DNA of 64,000 nt from Enoplolaimus lenunculus (Eukaryota): positions 310,001 to 374,000 of the forward strand of contig JASANG010002214.1 of assembly GCA_030248215.1 (NCBI GenBank), written 5' to 3'. Position 1 is the first letter of the stretch. Each line of letters opens with the position of its first letter. Shown here in pieces: positions 37,866 through 52,293 of the stretch. Under the pieces are notes generated by a model. That model ran no database searches. It had not been told where the DNA came from and saw only the letters and a list, made by a program, of their open reading frames with translations. Both the position numbers and the translations under genes were made by a program.

Positions 37866-38609
37866 GTTTTTTCCGACTATTTTATCGCGCTGCTATTCGC
37901 GTCAGAAATTTCGAAATTTGGACATTACCCATTTGGCTCACTACTCACAGCGTGGGGCCTGGTCTTTGCCAGAAAAAAAAGCGACAAGCTAACCAAAACT
38001 ATATTGTGTTAGTATATTAAGCGAGACTACATTACCATAGGGTTTATGCTTATGTGTTTCTAAATAGTATTTTTTGTATGCGGTTGCCAATATATACGCG
38101 TCATTTTAGGTTTGTGTTTTTCGGTTTTACTGCAAGTTTGTGTACTAACCAGAAACCGAGACATACAGCAGACTAGTGTGTTTTTGAGAATATTTCAAAG
38201 GTATATATTACCATAAAATATGTCATCCAATAGTTGGCAAGCTGCCCAGAGACGTCCGCAGAAAAAATTATATTTGAGGGGCAGCGAATAATTTTGACTG
38301 ACCCTACAATTGCAATTTAAGATTGGTTACTTTTAAAACAACTGAATTCTGTTTGTTTTTTTTGCGCTAAACAACACACGCAACAACTCATCTGGCCGGG
38401 TCTGTTTGGGGGATACTAGCCAAATCTGGGGGTCACGGTTTTCCAATGCCCCTCCGTGGGGCAAATTTTATTTTATTAAGTGGTAACCAACCTGTACCTT
38501 TGTTCTTGTCGCATATTTTAGGGAGGGTATGTTCTCCGTTTATTGGTCCACTTGTATACGCCTAAGTATTGAAAATGGCGTACTGGTGTGCGTTGGCTAC
38601 TGTAGTTTT

Positions 38610-38782
38610 GGCCAATGTTACTTTTCGGGGCGTAAAAGTAAATATAGCGTATTCCTAAGCCTAAGCGTTGCAATAATGTGTTCCTAAGCCTAAGCCTACG
38701 CAAAAAACTGTAATCTAGAATCTAAACCTACGCTTTTATAGACCCACCAGAAGCCTGGACGCAACTAAAAGTAACATGGGCC
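38610..38782 (-). mobile_element. Telomere-repeat MITE family B
   Basis: GGCCAATGTTACTTTT / AAAAGTAACATGGGCC; exact TSD GTAGTTTT. Confidence 0.9.
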
Positions 38783-41700
38783 GTAGTTTTAATAGTTTGC
38801 ACATTTGCAATTTTCATATCACCAGAAATACTTTGTGACTTCTGGCCGTTTTTCGTTTTGTTAAATGTACTACGGATCAGGTTGTCTTTAATAACTAGAA
38901 TAATGCCTAAATACTACCCCACTGAAATTGGAAAAGCACATATTTCTCACCGAGTCAGAATCCTCTCGGTCCGGATCAAGAAGAGTTTCTGGCCGGAGGA
39001 TTATGAAATTTCGCTACTGACACTTTCCGTATTTTTATATGTCAGACGGTATATAAGTTTATATTGTTTTATAACAAAAAAATTTGTGACGGGGGGTGCG
39101 CCTTCTTCACCCCCACCCAGTAATTCTTTACTAGCAAATGGCCGGTTAACCAAATACAAAGGCGTCTGCACAAAATTATATTAGGGGGACCCCTATAATT
39201 GCAATTCAAGATTGTTTATTTTAAAATCAAGTCTGTTTGGTGGGACACAGCCAAATTTTTGACCGTATACCAAAATAAAGCCACAACCATTTGGCAATTT
39301 ATACGTATATAATTGCTCACATAACTGCTCTATGGTCTATCTGTATTCCCAAATGTTTCCTAACATGAGCCCGCAAGAGGGGGTCGGATAGTGGGGCTTA
39401 GCCTTTCACCTGGAAGAATTATGCTCCCCCTAGAAAATTTTTTAATTTTGCTTATAAGTCATCGAAAACCATTGTATGATGCCCCTCCTGAAAAATGTTT
39501 CGACCCCTATCACGGAAATCTGACTACGGACCTGTAACATCTACGTCGAGTTCGCTTCTGAGCACGAATGAGAGACTATTTGACCCTGTTTGCCGGTATA
39601 GCAACCAGTATACAAGACAACCCTACAACCGTAGGCACAGGTTTTTTGAAATTTGATCCTTTCGACCGTCGCGATAATCCCGGATTACACACATTTCCAC
39701 AACGGTTGTGTTGTTTCCAAAATTCAACGAAACCTTTTGGTTGGTTTGTGTCATTGACTGACTTTCTAAACAGTCACTTAGAACACTTTTTGATTATACC
39801 AGGAACTGTTGCTAAACATGTTTGTTGTCCGTACGACGACAAAGGGTAACGTTTGTTGTTTATTCAATGAATATTGAAGCGGTTAACCAAGTATTAAAAC
39901 AGTTTTTGGCAAACAGTTTTATACAGGATAACATTATCAATAAACCAGACGGAGGTTAGATTTGATCTGATGCGTCACAAAAATTTTGACCAATTTCGAC
40001 AATTTTAGAATTAAAAATGTATCAACAAATGAAGTTTTGTGCACAAAAACCTTGATTTATCCCTGTTCAGGCCCGTAGCCAGCTCATTCAAGGGTTTTCA
40101 ATGAGTTACAAGCAAGGTTGAAAAGTTTCTAGGGGGGCCGAACTTTTCCAGGTGGGGTGATGCCCCCGTGGCTACGGGCCCACCTCTGTTGTGCGTTTTT
40201 ACCAATTTCTGGCCATTTTAAGTGTAAACAACCACGGGCGTCAACTGTAAACTTTGTTGACAATGGTTCATTCCGGTGTTTACAGAATAGTTTTCTATCC
40301 ACGGTATACGCTTGCCCAGTATTGATCACTTTTATAGCCGGTACCGAAAATGTTTATTTTTCCGTTAGCAATATCGTATTTCGGCATTGTGGTCAATCTA
40401 CTATAATATTGTCAATTTAAGGACCATATTCTCAAATGCATATAGCATCTATAATCCAATTGGTAAAATAGGACGCTATAAATTTCGAAACAGCCAATCG
40501 AGAACTTTAATATTTTGGGCAAATTATTTTCATTTAAGCGTTCTTACTGGTGACCCAAGATTGAGACATTTGTCGCTGCTGAGTGACCTACTCTTCGAAG
40601 AGTAAAAACATTTTGAAGCTGCATTCACTCTTTGATGGGTACCATGTATAAGCACGATTGTTGGAGCATATACGTTTAGCATCTTTCAATCGAGGTTTCA
40701 ATATCGTTAATGCTCTGGTTCATACATAACCTTACTATATTCTTTTTATTTGTGGTTCGATACTACGAAAACTACAATCAGTTCAAATGCAAACATTACA
40801 TTGGTTTTCAATGTTTTCCCCAATTACTATAATCAAGAGTCGATAATAAGAGTGTGCAGCTTCCACAAATACGAGTGGCATAAAAAGTATCACCCAGCAT
40901 CGCGTTTCACCCATACCCCCTTATTTAGGGCGGGTCAACTACACACAGAACTCAGTTAAACCTAAATCAAGAATACAATCGAACAATGTTTGCACTGTGT
41001 ATCGCAACAGTATTTGCCTGCGTTCAAGGTTTCAACACCCCCCCCCAAATGACCGGGGGTAAGGGAAAAATGCAACGCGTGTCTGGTACATTCATTTGTA
41101 CACAGAATGTACCTATTTGCCCACTGTTGTTGAAACCATTATCGACTCTTGCTATAATTGAAATGTTCTATCGAGAGTATATATGAAGTGGTATAAGCTC
41201 AGTGAAAGTAGCTCGTCGACCCACGTCATCCGTTTGTGACCACTGTCGAAAAATTCCTATTTTCTTTACCCCCTAAAATCTCCTTTTTTACCCCTGCCAT
41301 AGAAAGTTTCATGTTTCGTGCCTGAAACGCGAAAGATGAGCACTCTCTATGACAAAGCGTCAACAAGAAATTTGAATTGAAAGGCTGGGTGATTTCTCAG
41401 ACGGGACACGGAAAACATTCCAAACATAAAATTATTCGAATACTGTGGTTGATTTTTTGACCGGTGAGGGGTCGAAAAAATGGTTGTAAGGTCGGCGACA
41501 CCATCGACCCGTCGGCCGCCCGTAGTTGCTTGGTCGTGCATTTATATAATGATGATACTATAAGATACACACCGCTGTCAAACCGTACTTTGTCGGTCGC
41601 TCTAGTCTTAGCTATCAATTTTCATTAGCTTTTACTAGCTTTATCGAAACCATCGTATTAACTTGAACACACCGTGTGTGCCAGGCATATCGTGTGCTGC

Positions 41701-42931
41701 TGTTCGCTGAGCTATAATACCTATTTTGCTGAGTATCAAGCCAGTAAGCCGGCCTGTTTAGTTAAAGGGGAAGCAAAAATAATTCATACAAAGCCATATG
41801 GCAAAATTTTATATAAATTTACAATTCGAGAAGTTCCTAAAACATCAACACAAAAATCACAAAAACGTAGGGGGTGACCCGTAAAGCCCCACCCCCCCGG
41901 CTACGCAATAGTGAGCATGTGATCTGGCGTTTTAGTGAATGCCGCAGGGAGATGCGTTGCGAGCGATTCATCTAAATTTCAACAGGTTTACCCGCATGAC
42001 ACGGTGTCGTACTTAACTTTCGAAACCGTTTTGACTTCATTAACTATCTCTATTCGCGGTGTAACCGCTGAAGTGATAAGTCAGATACATCTTCGTTGAA
42101 TCTATAGGCCGTCCGCTAGAGGTAATGACAATATACTATAGACGTGGAGACGAGACTATATTCTACGGGGGTCGTATGGAAATTTCGTACGATTCTGTAG
42201 CCAGATAAAACGTTCTGGGTTATCATTTTTCTAAGGGCACTGATATTTCCCAAAGTTCTTTTTCAACGTTGAGTATAGCGCAACTTTCGACCAATAGGAT
42301 CAGTCGGGGGTACCTCACCAAGTCTGTTTCTTGACAAAATTGCCATGGGGGCGTGTGGAGAATTTGCATAATTTGCGAAAGTATTAGAAATTTTTGGAAT
42401 TTGTTCTAAGAAAACTATATCTTCCTTAGGCTTGCCTGGCCTCTAACTCTATACAGTGCAGCTGCCGACCAAAGGAATCAGTCGGGTACCTATTCAGATC
42501 CATAGCCAGAGCACTATACTAGAAAGGAAAGCGACATAATTACAAATGTTGGGAAGGTGGGAAATATGAATAAATTTTCTAGTTAGTGAAAGTTTTTATA
42601 CAGGGGCATCCGCAGAAAATTATGTTTGTATGGTACTGAATAATTTTAGGGCGTCCGTATAATTGCAACTCAAGATTGTTTACTTTTTAAGACCGAGATA
42701 ATTTGGGGGGATAGGCGCTAGCCAAATTGGAGTGGGAAACGACACTTTAATGCCTCCCGGTGGAGACGCCCGTGGTTGTATGCCAATTTTTTGGACAGTT
42801 GGGCTCTACCATGGCCCCGTTTGTGCCCTCGAACCACCACTTAATCGTTTTCAAGAATATCGCCAACGTTCGCGTTGTATTGAGTAACTTTTTGACTATA
42901 CATAAGTGGTTAAATAGGGTTCGTGCTAACT

Positions 42932-43107
42932 GGTATTACGACAATTCGTCGACCGACATCCTGCAATCCGAAATTTCATCCAGTCCACAATTCGTCGGCC
43001 ATTATTATGCTTAGGCTTAGGTTTAGGATTATGCTTAGATTTACTAATTGGATTTAGGACACTGTTGGGCGACAAGCTGACGGCGGTCGACGAATTGTCG
43101 TAGAGTC
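42932..43107 (+). mobile_element. Telomere-repeat MITE family C (9-bp TSD)
   Basis: TIR core TACGACAATTCGTCGACCG / CGGTCGACGAATTGTCGTA with internal GCTTAGGCTTAGGTTTAGG; exact TSD GTGCTAACT. Confidence 0.88.
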
Positions 43108-44304
43108 GTGCTAACTACTGGTTTACTAAACCAATACTGCAGGTGAGAAAATGAAATTCTTCGAATTAATTACGCAAACTTTATTTATACGGTTGGATAT
43201 ATATCGGCGGAGTATGAAATCTTTATGCTGGAACCGTACCAGTGCCAGAGCAGACAGGCGTGGGGGCTCTCCCAAACTCTCGAGCGAAGCGAACGAGAAG
43301 CCAGACGCATTTTAAAACTTCGGCCATTTTTGTTTAAACTGGTTAGGGTGGCGGGCCCTTTAAGGTTGGGGGCTCCCCCTAATGGGAGGTATGGGGGTGG
43401 CTGCTCCGGCCCTGGCTGGAACTGTGATCCTATTTGTGCGGTTTGAGTTTTGTTTTATAATAGTTGTTTTTGAAATTGTGAATCTTGGCCGCTCAATTGC
43501 AACGTTTATACGACGGCTGATTGTGATTCGCTTGGGAAATCTTATTCAAAATACCTTCAGAAGATGCCTGGCCTAAACTATGATTATTGAATAGTATAGT
43601 GAACCAAAACAGTAATATTAATACTTTGGGGGTTCCATCAGCGAAGGAACAGAAAACAGAATAGATTTTGAGATTCGCTACAATTCTAGCTTGTTCACTG
43701 AGAACAAGCTAATCAGAGTGTAAACGGATAGTGAAAAAATAACGGAAACGAATATCCAGATTATACCCTAAAAGTGATGCATTCCTGTCTCGTTTGATAT
43801 TTACTAAGAGCTCACCCAGCAAGGGACAGCTGAAATTTTTCAGGCTGAGCACACAACAGTTTCCGATGACTTACAAGCAAGGTTGAAACCGCCGCCTTCG
43901 GCTACGGGCCCGGTATGTTATTCAAGGACACCTATGGATAAATGATACATCTGCGTTTTTCAATCTGGCAGAAATGATGAAAAAAAACTTCACGACCATG
44001 GTATAAGTATTATAGTTAATCAGCATTCGAAAGCGATACTACAAAACCGCTAAAATCTCATGAGAGTACAATGAAAAACTAACTATAGACATCTATGCAC
44101 CAAACTGGACTTGTCTGTGTGATAAAACTCTTCCTAGTCATCAGCGTCACCAATCCGTCAACTCTAATCGTAATGGTTAGCCTATGAGAGTTAAAATGGT
44201 TAAGAAAGAACTCGTACAAATAGACAAAAGTGTGTCGGTTTGGTTTCTTTTAAAATTAAATGGCTTTTTCCTAAACTGGTTCTCATTGGCCTGGCACCCT
44301 GTCT

Positions 44305-44468
44305 CGGGCCCGTAGCCAAAAGGGGGGCAGGAGTGGCTCAGCCCCTTGTGGAAAAATTTTGGTCCCTCTAGAAAATGTTATCTTTGCTTTTGTAAGTCAA
44401 CAAAAACCCTTGTATGCCCTTCCTGAATATTTTTTGCCCCCGCGCAAGGTGAGATGGCTACGAGGTTG
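44305..44468. mobile_element. MITE family D (further copies at about 27396-27563, 39365-39533, 40068-40182, 43810-43913 and 50159-50300)
   Basis: CGGGCCCGTAGCCA...TGGCTACGAGGTTG, with the shared D core. Confidence 0.78.
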
Positions 44469-46149
44469 CCCCGACTCGACTGCGCATTAAGAAATCTGGC
44501 TAATAAAAGCAAAACAATGAAATTGGCATTTTCAGACACACTTCCGTTGATTAGAGTGGCATAAGCGTAAAATATTAGACCGGGGAGGTGTGTTTGAGGT
44601 AGTGATTCTTTTAGCAAAACGTATAATAGGATGGCAGTATAACAGCATTAATGATACTAACTAAGAATTTTTCCATTAACCCTTTCTCACATGAATATTT
44701 TTAATGTCATATGGGATGTAACTTCAAAGTAAGATTCGATCTCCAGTCTCACGGGTGGGCGGCGTTTACGATGACCACTGAGCTAAAAGTAGCTTGACGC
44801 TCAAGCCCGATGGAGATCTGACGTCTTGCGGAGATTTTGCCCTGCACGTAGTTGCTAAACACTTCTCGCAATGTCTATATTGCTCGTATATTATTTGTAT
44901 TTAGTTGCCTGTAGTGTACTCTACGAGTGAAATAGTTATGAAACATTCTTGCTCTATATAATACCGATACAAAGAATTGCTTTTGAAATTTCGTTCACAG
45001 TCAAAATATTGCAAGTAAACACCGAGCGAAGGCCACGAGTGTACCGAGGAACCGAAACGGCTGAAACTATTGGGTCTTAAAACAAAAAGGAACAAATCGT
45101 TAACGATAGTCCACTGACGCAGCGCCGTTACGTAACTGATTAACTCGACTTGCGAGTGGCACTAGCGGATCCAGAGGAGGGACGTGGGACGTACGCCCCC
45201 CCATCAGAAAAGTTTTTGGTATTAAAATGCTAAAAATTCCTTACTTTACAAATTTTTCCACCTCAGAAAATTGGCACATATATAGCATACGTAAAAATTG
45301 CGGTTCATAACATTGCCAGCACATCCTCACGTCAGAAATTTTTGGATCCATTCCTGCCGCAGGGACGGCTTTCACAGTGCCCTGGTCTTCGTCGCTCCTA
45401 CACTATTGGCGAATATTTATTTTAAAAATCTACGTCACCCGCAGTTGGCGTGTTAACTCGATACATGTGTCGATATATGAACACAAGCTTTATCCTAATT
45501 AGCCCTTTATGTCGTACCAAACGTTAATAGCTTTTTATATTTTTTGCCTAAGTATTATAGATCTATACAGTTGTAGGCTAACCATCTAGCCTGTAATTAG
45601 CAACAGTCAACACAATATTCTCAGAGCCGTGACATGCAAGGATTTTACATCACTTACAAAATACGTTGAAGCTTTTCTCATAAAGGACCAGAAATTTTCT
45701 GCTCATATATATGTATATAAATATATATATAAATATATATATTTATATATATTTCTATATATATTTATATATATTTATCTTAAACGTAATTATTTTCATT
45801 GTTTTCGCTCATCTTGCAATATAAATTTACTTATCCATTCATAAAAAGTAAAAACAATGGTAAAAACGAAATTCTGATTATATTTGGCTGATATATTATA
45901 TTTACTCAAATTATTGAATAAACTCAAAACATCAACAGCACAAGGATCAACATTCTATTGCATATTGGCCCGCTGTATATAATTCCAAAATAGTTACCAT
46001 TCGTGAATAATTCTGTAAAAAATGCCGCTTCTTCGCGTTGCCAAAGCGAAACTTTTTGAAAAATGACGTCAGTTTGGCCAAAAACCAGTCGGTGTCACAA
46101 AGAGTAGTTGTCTGATGCCTAAAACGAAACCACCAATATTCAAAGCAAA

Positions 46150-47172
<1,023 letters not shown>

Positions 47173-49029
47173 GTAAGTATAACCAAGCTCCACAGAATGG
47201 TATGCTTTCCATCAGCAGCTGCAACATTTTTTCCGCGAAACGAATGAGGGTTGTTCAGACGATTACGGAGATGCGAACTTTTTGAAATGTTTCGCGAGCT
47301 GTGGCAAAATGCTACTGGATCACATATTCTCATTTTTGTTGCGTCATTGAATTTTTGGAGTTTGATTAAAAATTCTTCGTTCGGCTTTAGCGCGTTTGAA
47401 TATAGTTCAGATTTGTAAGCGATTGAAAATAAAGATTTCAACGAGTGTGAGCTGTTGAACACAGTTGTCTTCTTGTTATTTTTGGTTTGGCAGGAGTCAG
47501 TCAGCCCAGCCCAGCAATAACGAATCCGTAGTAGAGGCAAAGCAAATTTTCAGAGGGAGCAAAGAAAATTTTCCTAAAATATATTAATTGGTGTCTGAGA
47601 CGGAAATATTTTTAGCCAATGATGCGAAGCTGTTCGTGCATCTTGCTCCCGTATGTGTGGGTCTTTGCCCACAGCTAAAATGACGATTTAAATATTGATT
47701 AATTTAGAACAGCAATCCATTAACGATGCTTCAGTAACGCAGTAGTTTCCTCAGTCATAAATACGGATTACATAGTAAGCCACAGGTCTCTGCTTCCTAG
47801 CCATTTCTCTCCAAATACATATGTTTTTATTAACATTAAAAAACATGACAGCTGTATTGTTCAGGGATATTCCATAATCAAATAGTGCATAATATATAAA
47901 TATATACTAAGCTGCTATTTTATGTAACAGCCGTGTAGCCTAGGCAAACTGCTATTGAACTTATGAAACCAATCATATTTGATTATTTGGACAGACGCAA
48001 TACCGTTAACCAATCAGCGTTAGTTTTACATCACTGTTGTTTTGCGAAACCTCACTGTCGCAAATTGGCCTAAGTCAAACTGCTATATGCTTCGAATAGC
48101 GTATTGGCCCAACTGGTAATTGACCTGAATATCAGATTAGCCTACGACATATATATAACCGCTATTAGAATGTCTAAATCACTTCGCTTTTTTCCGAACA
48201 AAACAGTATAATTTCAAGATTTGCGTATACCGTTAATTACAGTGGTGGATCCAGAAACTTGTAACCTGCAGCGAGCAGCGCAATATATAACAATGAAAAT
48301 AGCTTGCGAGCGAGAAACCAAATGCAATTTAGGTACCAAATCCTAACTCAAAATTTCAATTGTAATTTTTTTTCACAAGGGCCATAGTTTGGGTGACGCC
48401 CCTTGCTTGGATTCACCAATGGGTGATTTTATTGCAACTTTAGCGAGTAATAAAGAATAGTTAAAGCGCTACAACGTATGTCGCCGCGTCATAGCAAAAG
48501 TAAATACATTACTTCAAACTTTGGGGCATCGTGCAATTTACGAATCTCATCAATAAATAGCTTATTATATATCCGCTGTTTTATTTTAGTTTATTAACTT
48601 CAGCATTTTGATAGTACACTTAAAGTCTAAGTTTTGAGCTCATAAATTTCCGTGTTTTTTTGTGTTGCTGTTTTTTTCCGTGTTTTCTACCTCTTGAAAC
48701 CTGTGCTACATTTGGTGTATAGCATCCATAGGATCGCAAGTACACGGAACGGGTTTTAAAACGGCGTTGTCCTTGAAAACTTTGCTCAGTGTTCCCGACG
48801 TATTTCCACCTGTCGTATTTGCCCCGCCCCTTCCGAATGTCATATTTTTTCAAATATTTTCTACCTTTGCTGGGTATTCTATCTTACCCTATACATTGAC
48901 TGAATCCAATATAAGCTAATTAATTTTCGAGTAATACATATTTGGCGTTATCCTAAACGCAACATTGAGACAGCTCAACTCAACCATTCCATTGCACATA
49001 TTCGATGCTTTTAGATCGTGTCGCGGCAG

Positions 49030-49198
49030 CAAGCCCGCAGGCAAGGGGGGCCAGGGGGCTCAGTCCCCCCTGGAAAAATTTTGGCCCCGTCCCCTAGAAA
49101 ATTTGCAACCTTGCTTGTAAGTCAACAAAACCCTTGTATGCCCTCCTGAAAAATTTTTAGCCCCCACCCCAAAGCAAGGTGAGCTGGCTACGGGCCTG
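49030..49198. mobile_element. MITE family D (hAT-like)
   Basis: CAAGCCCGCAG / CTACGGGCCTG, with flanks CGCGGCAG/CGCGGCAA. Confidence 0.85.
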
Positions 49199-51142
49199 CG
49201 CGGCAACCGAGGACAGTGATGGGAGCCGACCCCCCTATTTTGTAGTGGGAAAATTTTGCATATCATAGAACGGAAATGTTTTTTGAAAAAAATAAGGACG
49301 CTGGGGTCGCGAGGTTTGCGGTCCATTTGTGGTTCCTCCTTTTTGGGAACATATGCTTCGCGCCCTTGCCTTTAGATGACAAAATTTGGTCGAAAATAGA
49401 CAAGGGTCGAAAAAGCGCTCCTTGAATGTATCTGAGTCACACGTCCCAAGGAGGCGAGGGCCGCGTACTGAGTGTAGGGGTTGATAACCTCGCCATCGTC
49501 CAACATCCAAATTTCATAACGTGAATAGCGAAGATTGGCCGTGACGCGAGCGATAAGCTAGACACACTTTCAGTGCTAGGCATTAAACCATCACAAAAAA
49601 GCTTTGGCAATATCCGAGGGCTTAAGCTCGTTAGCCCCCCGCCCCAACAATTACGCCACTGATCTGCGAAGCGCAGCACACCAACTTTCCAAATGCAAGT
49701 TTTTTTGAATTTCGTGGATTTGTGCCCCCCTCGTCAAATATCGTACACATTTTTAAACTTCAGCGGTTGGGGCCCCAAACTCCATGGTGGGGCCCCCAAA
49801 CTCGTTAGCGAGAAGCCAGACGCATTTTTAAACTTCAGCGGTTTTTGTTTCAACCCGGTTAGTGGCTGCTCCGACCCAAGCGCCGGTCACGACCATTGTA
49901 TAAATGGCATATCAGATGATTTTCCCACCACAAAATGAAAATTACAATTTACACGCGTTTTATTTAAATTCAGTCGTATGTTAATGTTGTATGCTCAGTC
50001 AAAATGTTTACATCGCATTTAAGATTTGACTCTGAATCGTGGGAAAAATTAGTCTCAAATTTGTAATTCACTCCCATTTTCGCAGGCGTTCAGCAGGGGT
50101 GAATCTCAAGAAGAATCGAACACTTTGGGGCACTATAGATTGTGAGACAATTTGGCTACAGGCTCGCAGCCAGCCAACCTTGCTAGTGTGGGCTAAACAA
50201 TTTTTCATGAGGGGCATACAAGTGTTTTTATTGACTTAAAAGCAAGGAGGAAAATTTTCTGGGTGGAGGCACAATCCATCCACACGGTTGCTGAGCCCAC
50301 CCCCAGGCATCTTCGGGTTGCCGACCCAATCTGCTATTCAGGCCAGTTACTAATAGCGTAGAAAAAAAATTGACATTCTGCGAAATCATTGCACACATTT
50401 CTTCAGTTGCGACCGCAAAAAATAATGTTTGGGGAAGGCGCCAAATAATTTTGGATGCACCTCTACAATTGCAACTGAAGATTGTGTACTTTTAGATCGA
50501 GTCAATTTAAGGGGCACCAGCCAAATTTGGAGGGGCATTCGCACAGCACCCATATGCCCCCATTGGGACGCCCCCCAATTATTTTTTCAATTAGAATTGT
50601 TTTAAATGCAAATTCCATCCTTGATTTTAACATTTGATTCATATCCGGTATTTTTCAACGTTTTGTAGAATTAAAAAGTAATTTCTACAAACCGTTGCAA
50701 TTAAAATAGTTGTTTTCGACTGTATTTTTGCGATATATTTTATCACTCTATAGTTTGATTTCTGTCGGCTCTCAAGTATATGATAAATATTTTTCGAAAA
50801 AGGTAGGTATGTTCAGCCGCGCTCCCCGAACGATAATTCATTAACGCGACAATTGCCCAAATGTGACAATTGCTCAAACGCCAGTCGTGCAAACGCGTCA
50901 AACGCCCATTGTCTACGCACAACGGGGCATTGAGCTTTTAAGAGGGCCGTATGCCACAAAAGAATTGCTGGCCTCTCGTGTGTATTTCATGATTTAGCCT
51001 TTGATTGGCCTTCTCTGGACTACTGTCAGCCGATCCTTAAACGTTTCTGTAGTAACCGGGATCAGACTAATAGTTGATTTATCGAAATAAGTAGAACCAC
51101 TTACTGTTTGGTTACGGACTGTTATTTATTGTTCAACGCATC

Positions 51143-51319
51143 CAATGGCGGATCTATTGGGGGAGCACCCCGGCCGTGGGCCCCCCCAACAGCATCTCGA
51201 CAAAAATTGTATAGCAATTTTGTGACAATAGTTAGTGGTTTGTGTATGGGTCAAAAGTAGGTTTATTACCTGTGAAATTTTGGCCCGCCCCCCATTTTGA
51301 GATCCTGGATCCGCCACTG
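51143..51319. mobile_element. MITE family E (hAT-like)
   Basis: CAATGGCGGATC / GATCCGCCACTG; exact TSD AACGCATC. Confidence 0.9.
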
Positions 51320-51796
51320 AACGCATCTTCTGTTATTGAAACCCCCACTGTTGTTTAGGCAATCGTCGTTTGGGAAATGGTCACGTTTGGGAAATTTTTG
51401 TTTGAACAATCAAGTGTAATCAGACGGCTTGAGATTCGTAAAGTCAGGAGTGGAATCAATCAAGAAAAACTTTTCAGCGATTACGTTTATGTGTTTTTTT
51501 AAAAATGAAATTTCACATATAATAACACTTTTTACAATTGGCCCCTAAAAATTCTGATTGGCCCCTAAAAATTTGTGTTTAGGGGCCAATTGACCCCTAA
51601 TTTTGAGATGAAAAAACCAGCTGCTGCTGCTGCTATTATAACACTTCCAAGGTCTTAATGGTTACTTTTTTAAGTAATTACTAAGATCGATTAGGATAAA
51701 AATTTTATTCTAACCGTTGTTAGTGTGCCGACCCTCGCGTACCATGGTTTGTAGCATTGATTTGTTTTTAACGCAAACAATTTTCCACCGTTTTAG

Positions 51797-52042
51797 GGTC
51801 TTGACCCCCGAAATCATTCATCGTCATCATCGTCGCCAACACCTAACAACACGACAATGCCACAAGACAAAATAGCCGATCCCCAGAACGCTAAAACGAC
51901 CGAAAGTAGTAGCGGCGAACTAAGTGGATCGAGTAAACCAGCTGTCAACGGACAGCCCGGTCTCGATGGAGGCCCTCAAATGGTTCAAGTTGTGATCAGT
52001 CGTGGCAGCGGTGGTATTGGATTGAGTATTGTTGCTGCTGAG
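51797..52042 (+). CDS. afd-1: Afadin-like protein exon: linker plus start of PDZ (..QVVISRGSGGIGLSIVAAE)
   Basis: Acceptor TTTTAG ends at 51796; 82 open codons; donor GAG|GTAAGA at 52043. GIGLSIVAA matches the afadin/canoe PDZ carboxylate-binding loop (GMGLSIVAA). Confidence 0.88.
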
Positions 52043-52136
52043 GTAAGATATTTTGGTTAATTCCTGGTTTTGTTTAATTCCTTCCGGAATGTATTACGTA
52101 ATTCGGAAAATTTACGCCTACACACACGGTGTGTTT

Positions 52137-52293
52137 GGGTTCCGCTATACTTTATCGAACAGGATGCCGGATAGCGCCGCTAAACGCCATGCGCAGCGGC
52201 TTGCGGTAATTTTTATTAAAAAGTTTTGCAACGGCGCGCGGCGCTGTGCGGCAAAATTTTGCCGTGCCGCGCGGGGCAAATATAGCGCAACCC
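52137..52293. mobile_element. MITE family G
   Basis: GGGTTCCGCTATACTTT / AAATATAGCGCAACCC. Confidence 0.75.

Noticed and set aside
47173..47247. C-terminal 24 aa of the 365-aa ORF as a stand-alone gene end
   Set aside because: A consensus GTAAGT donor at 47173 in the phase needed for the next exon makes intron read-through more likely.
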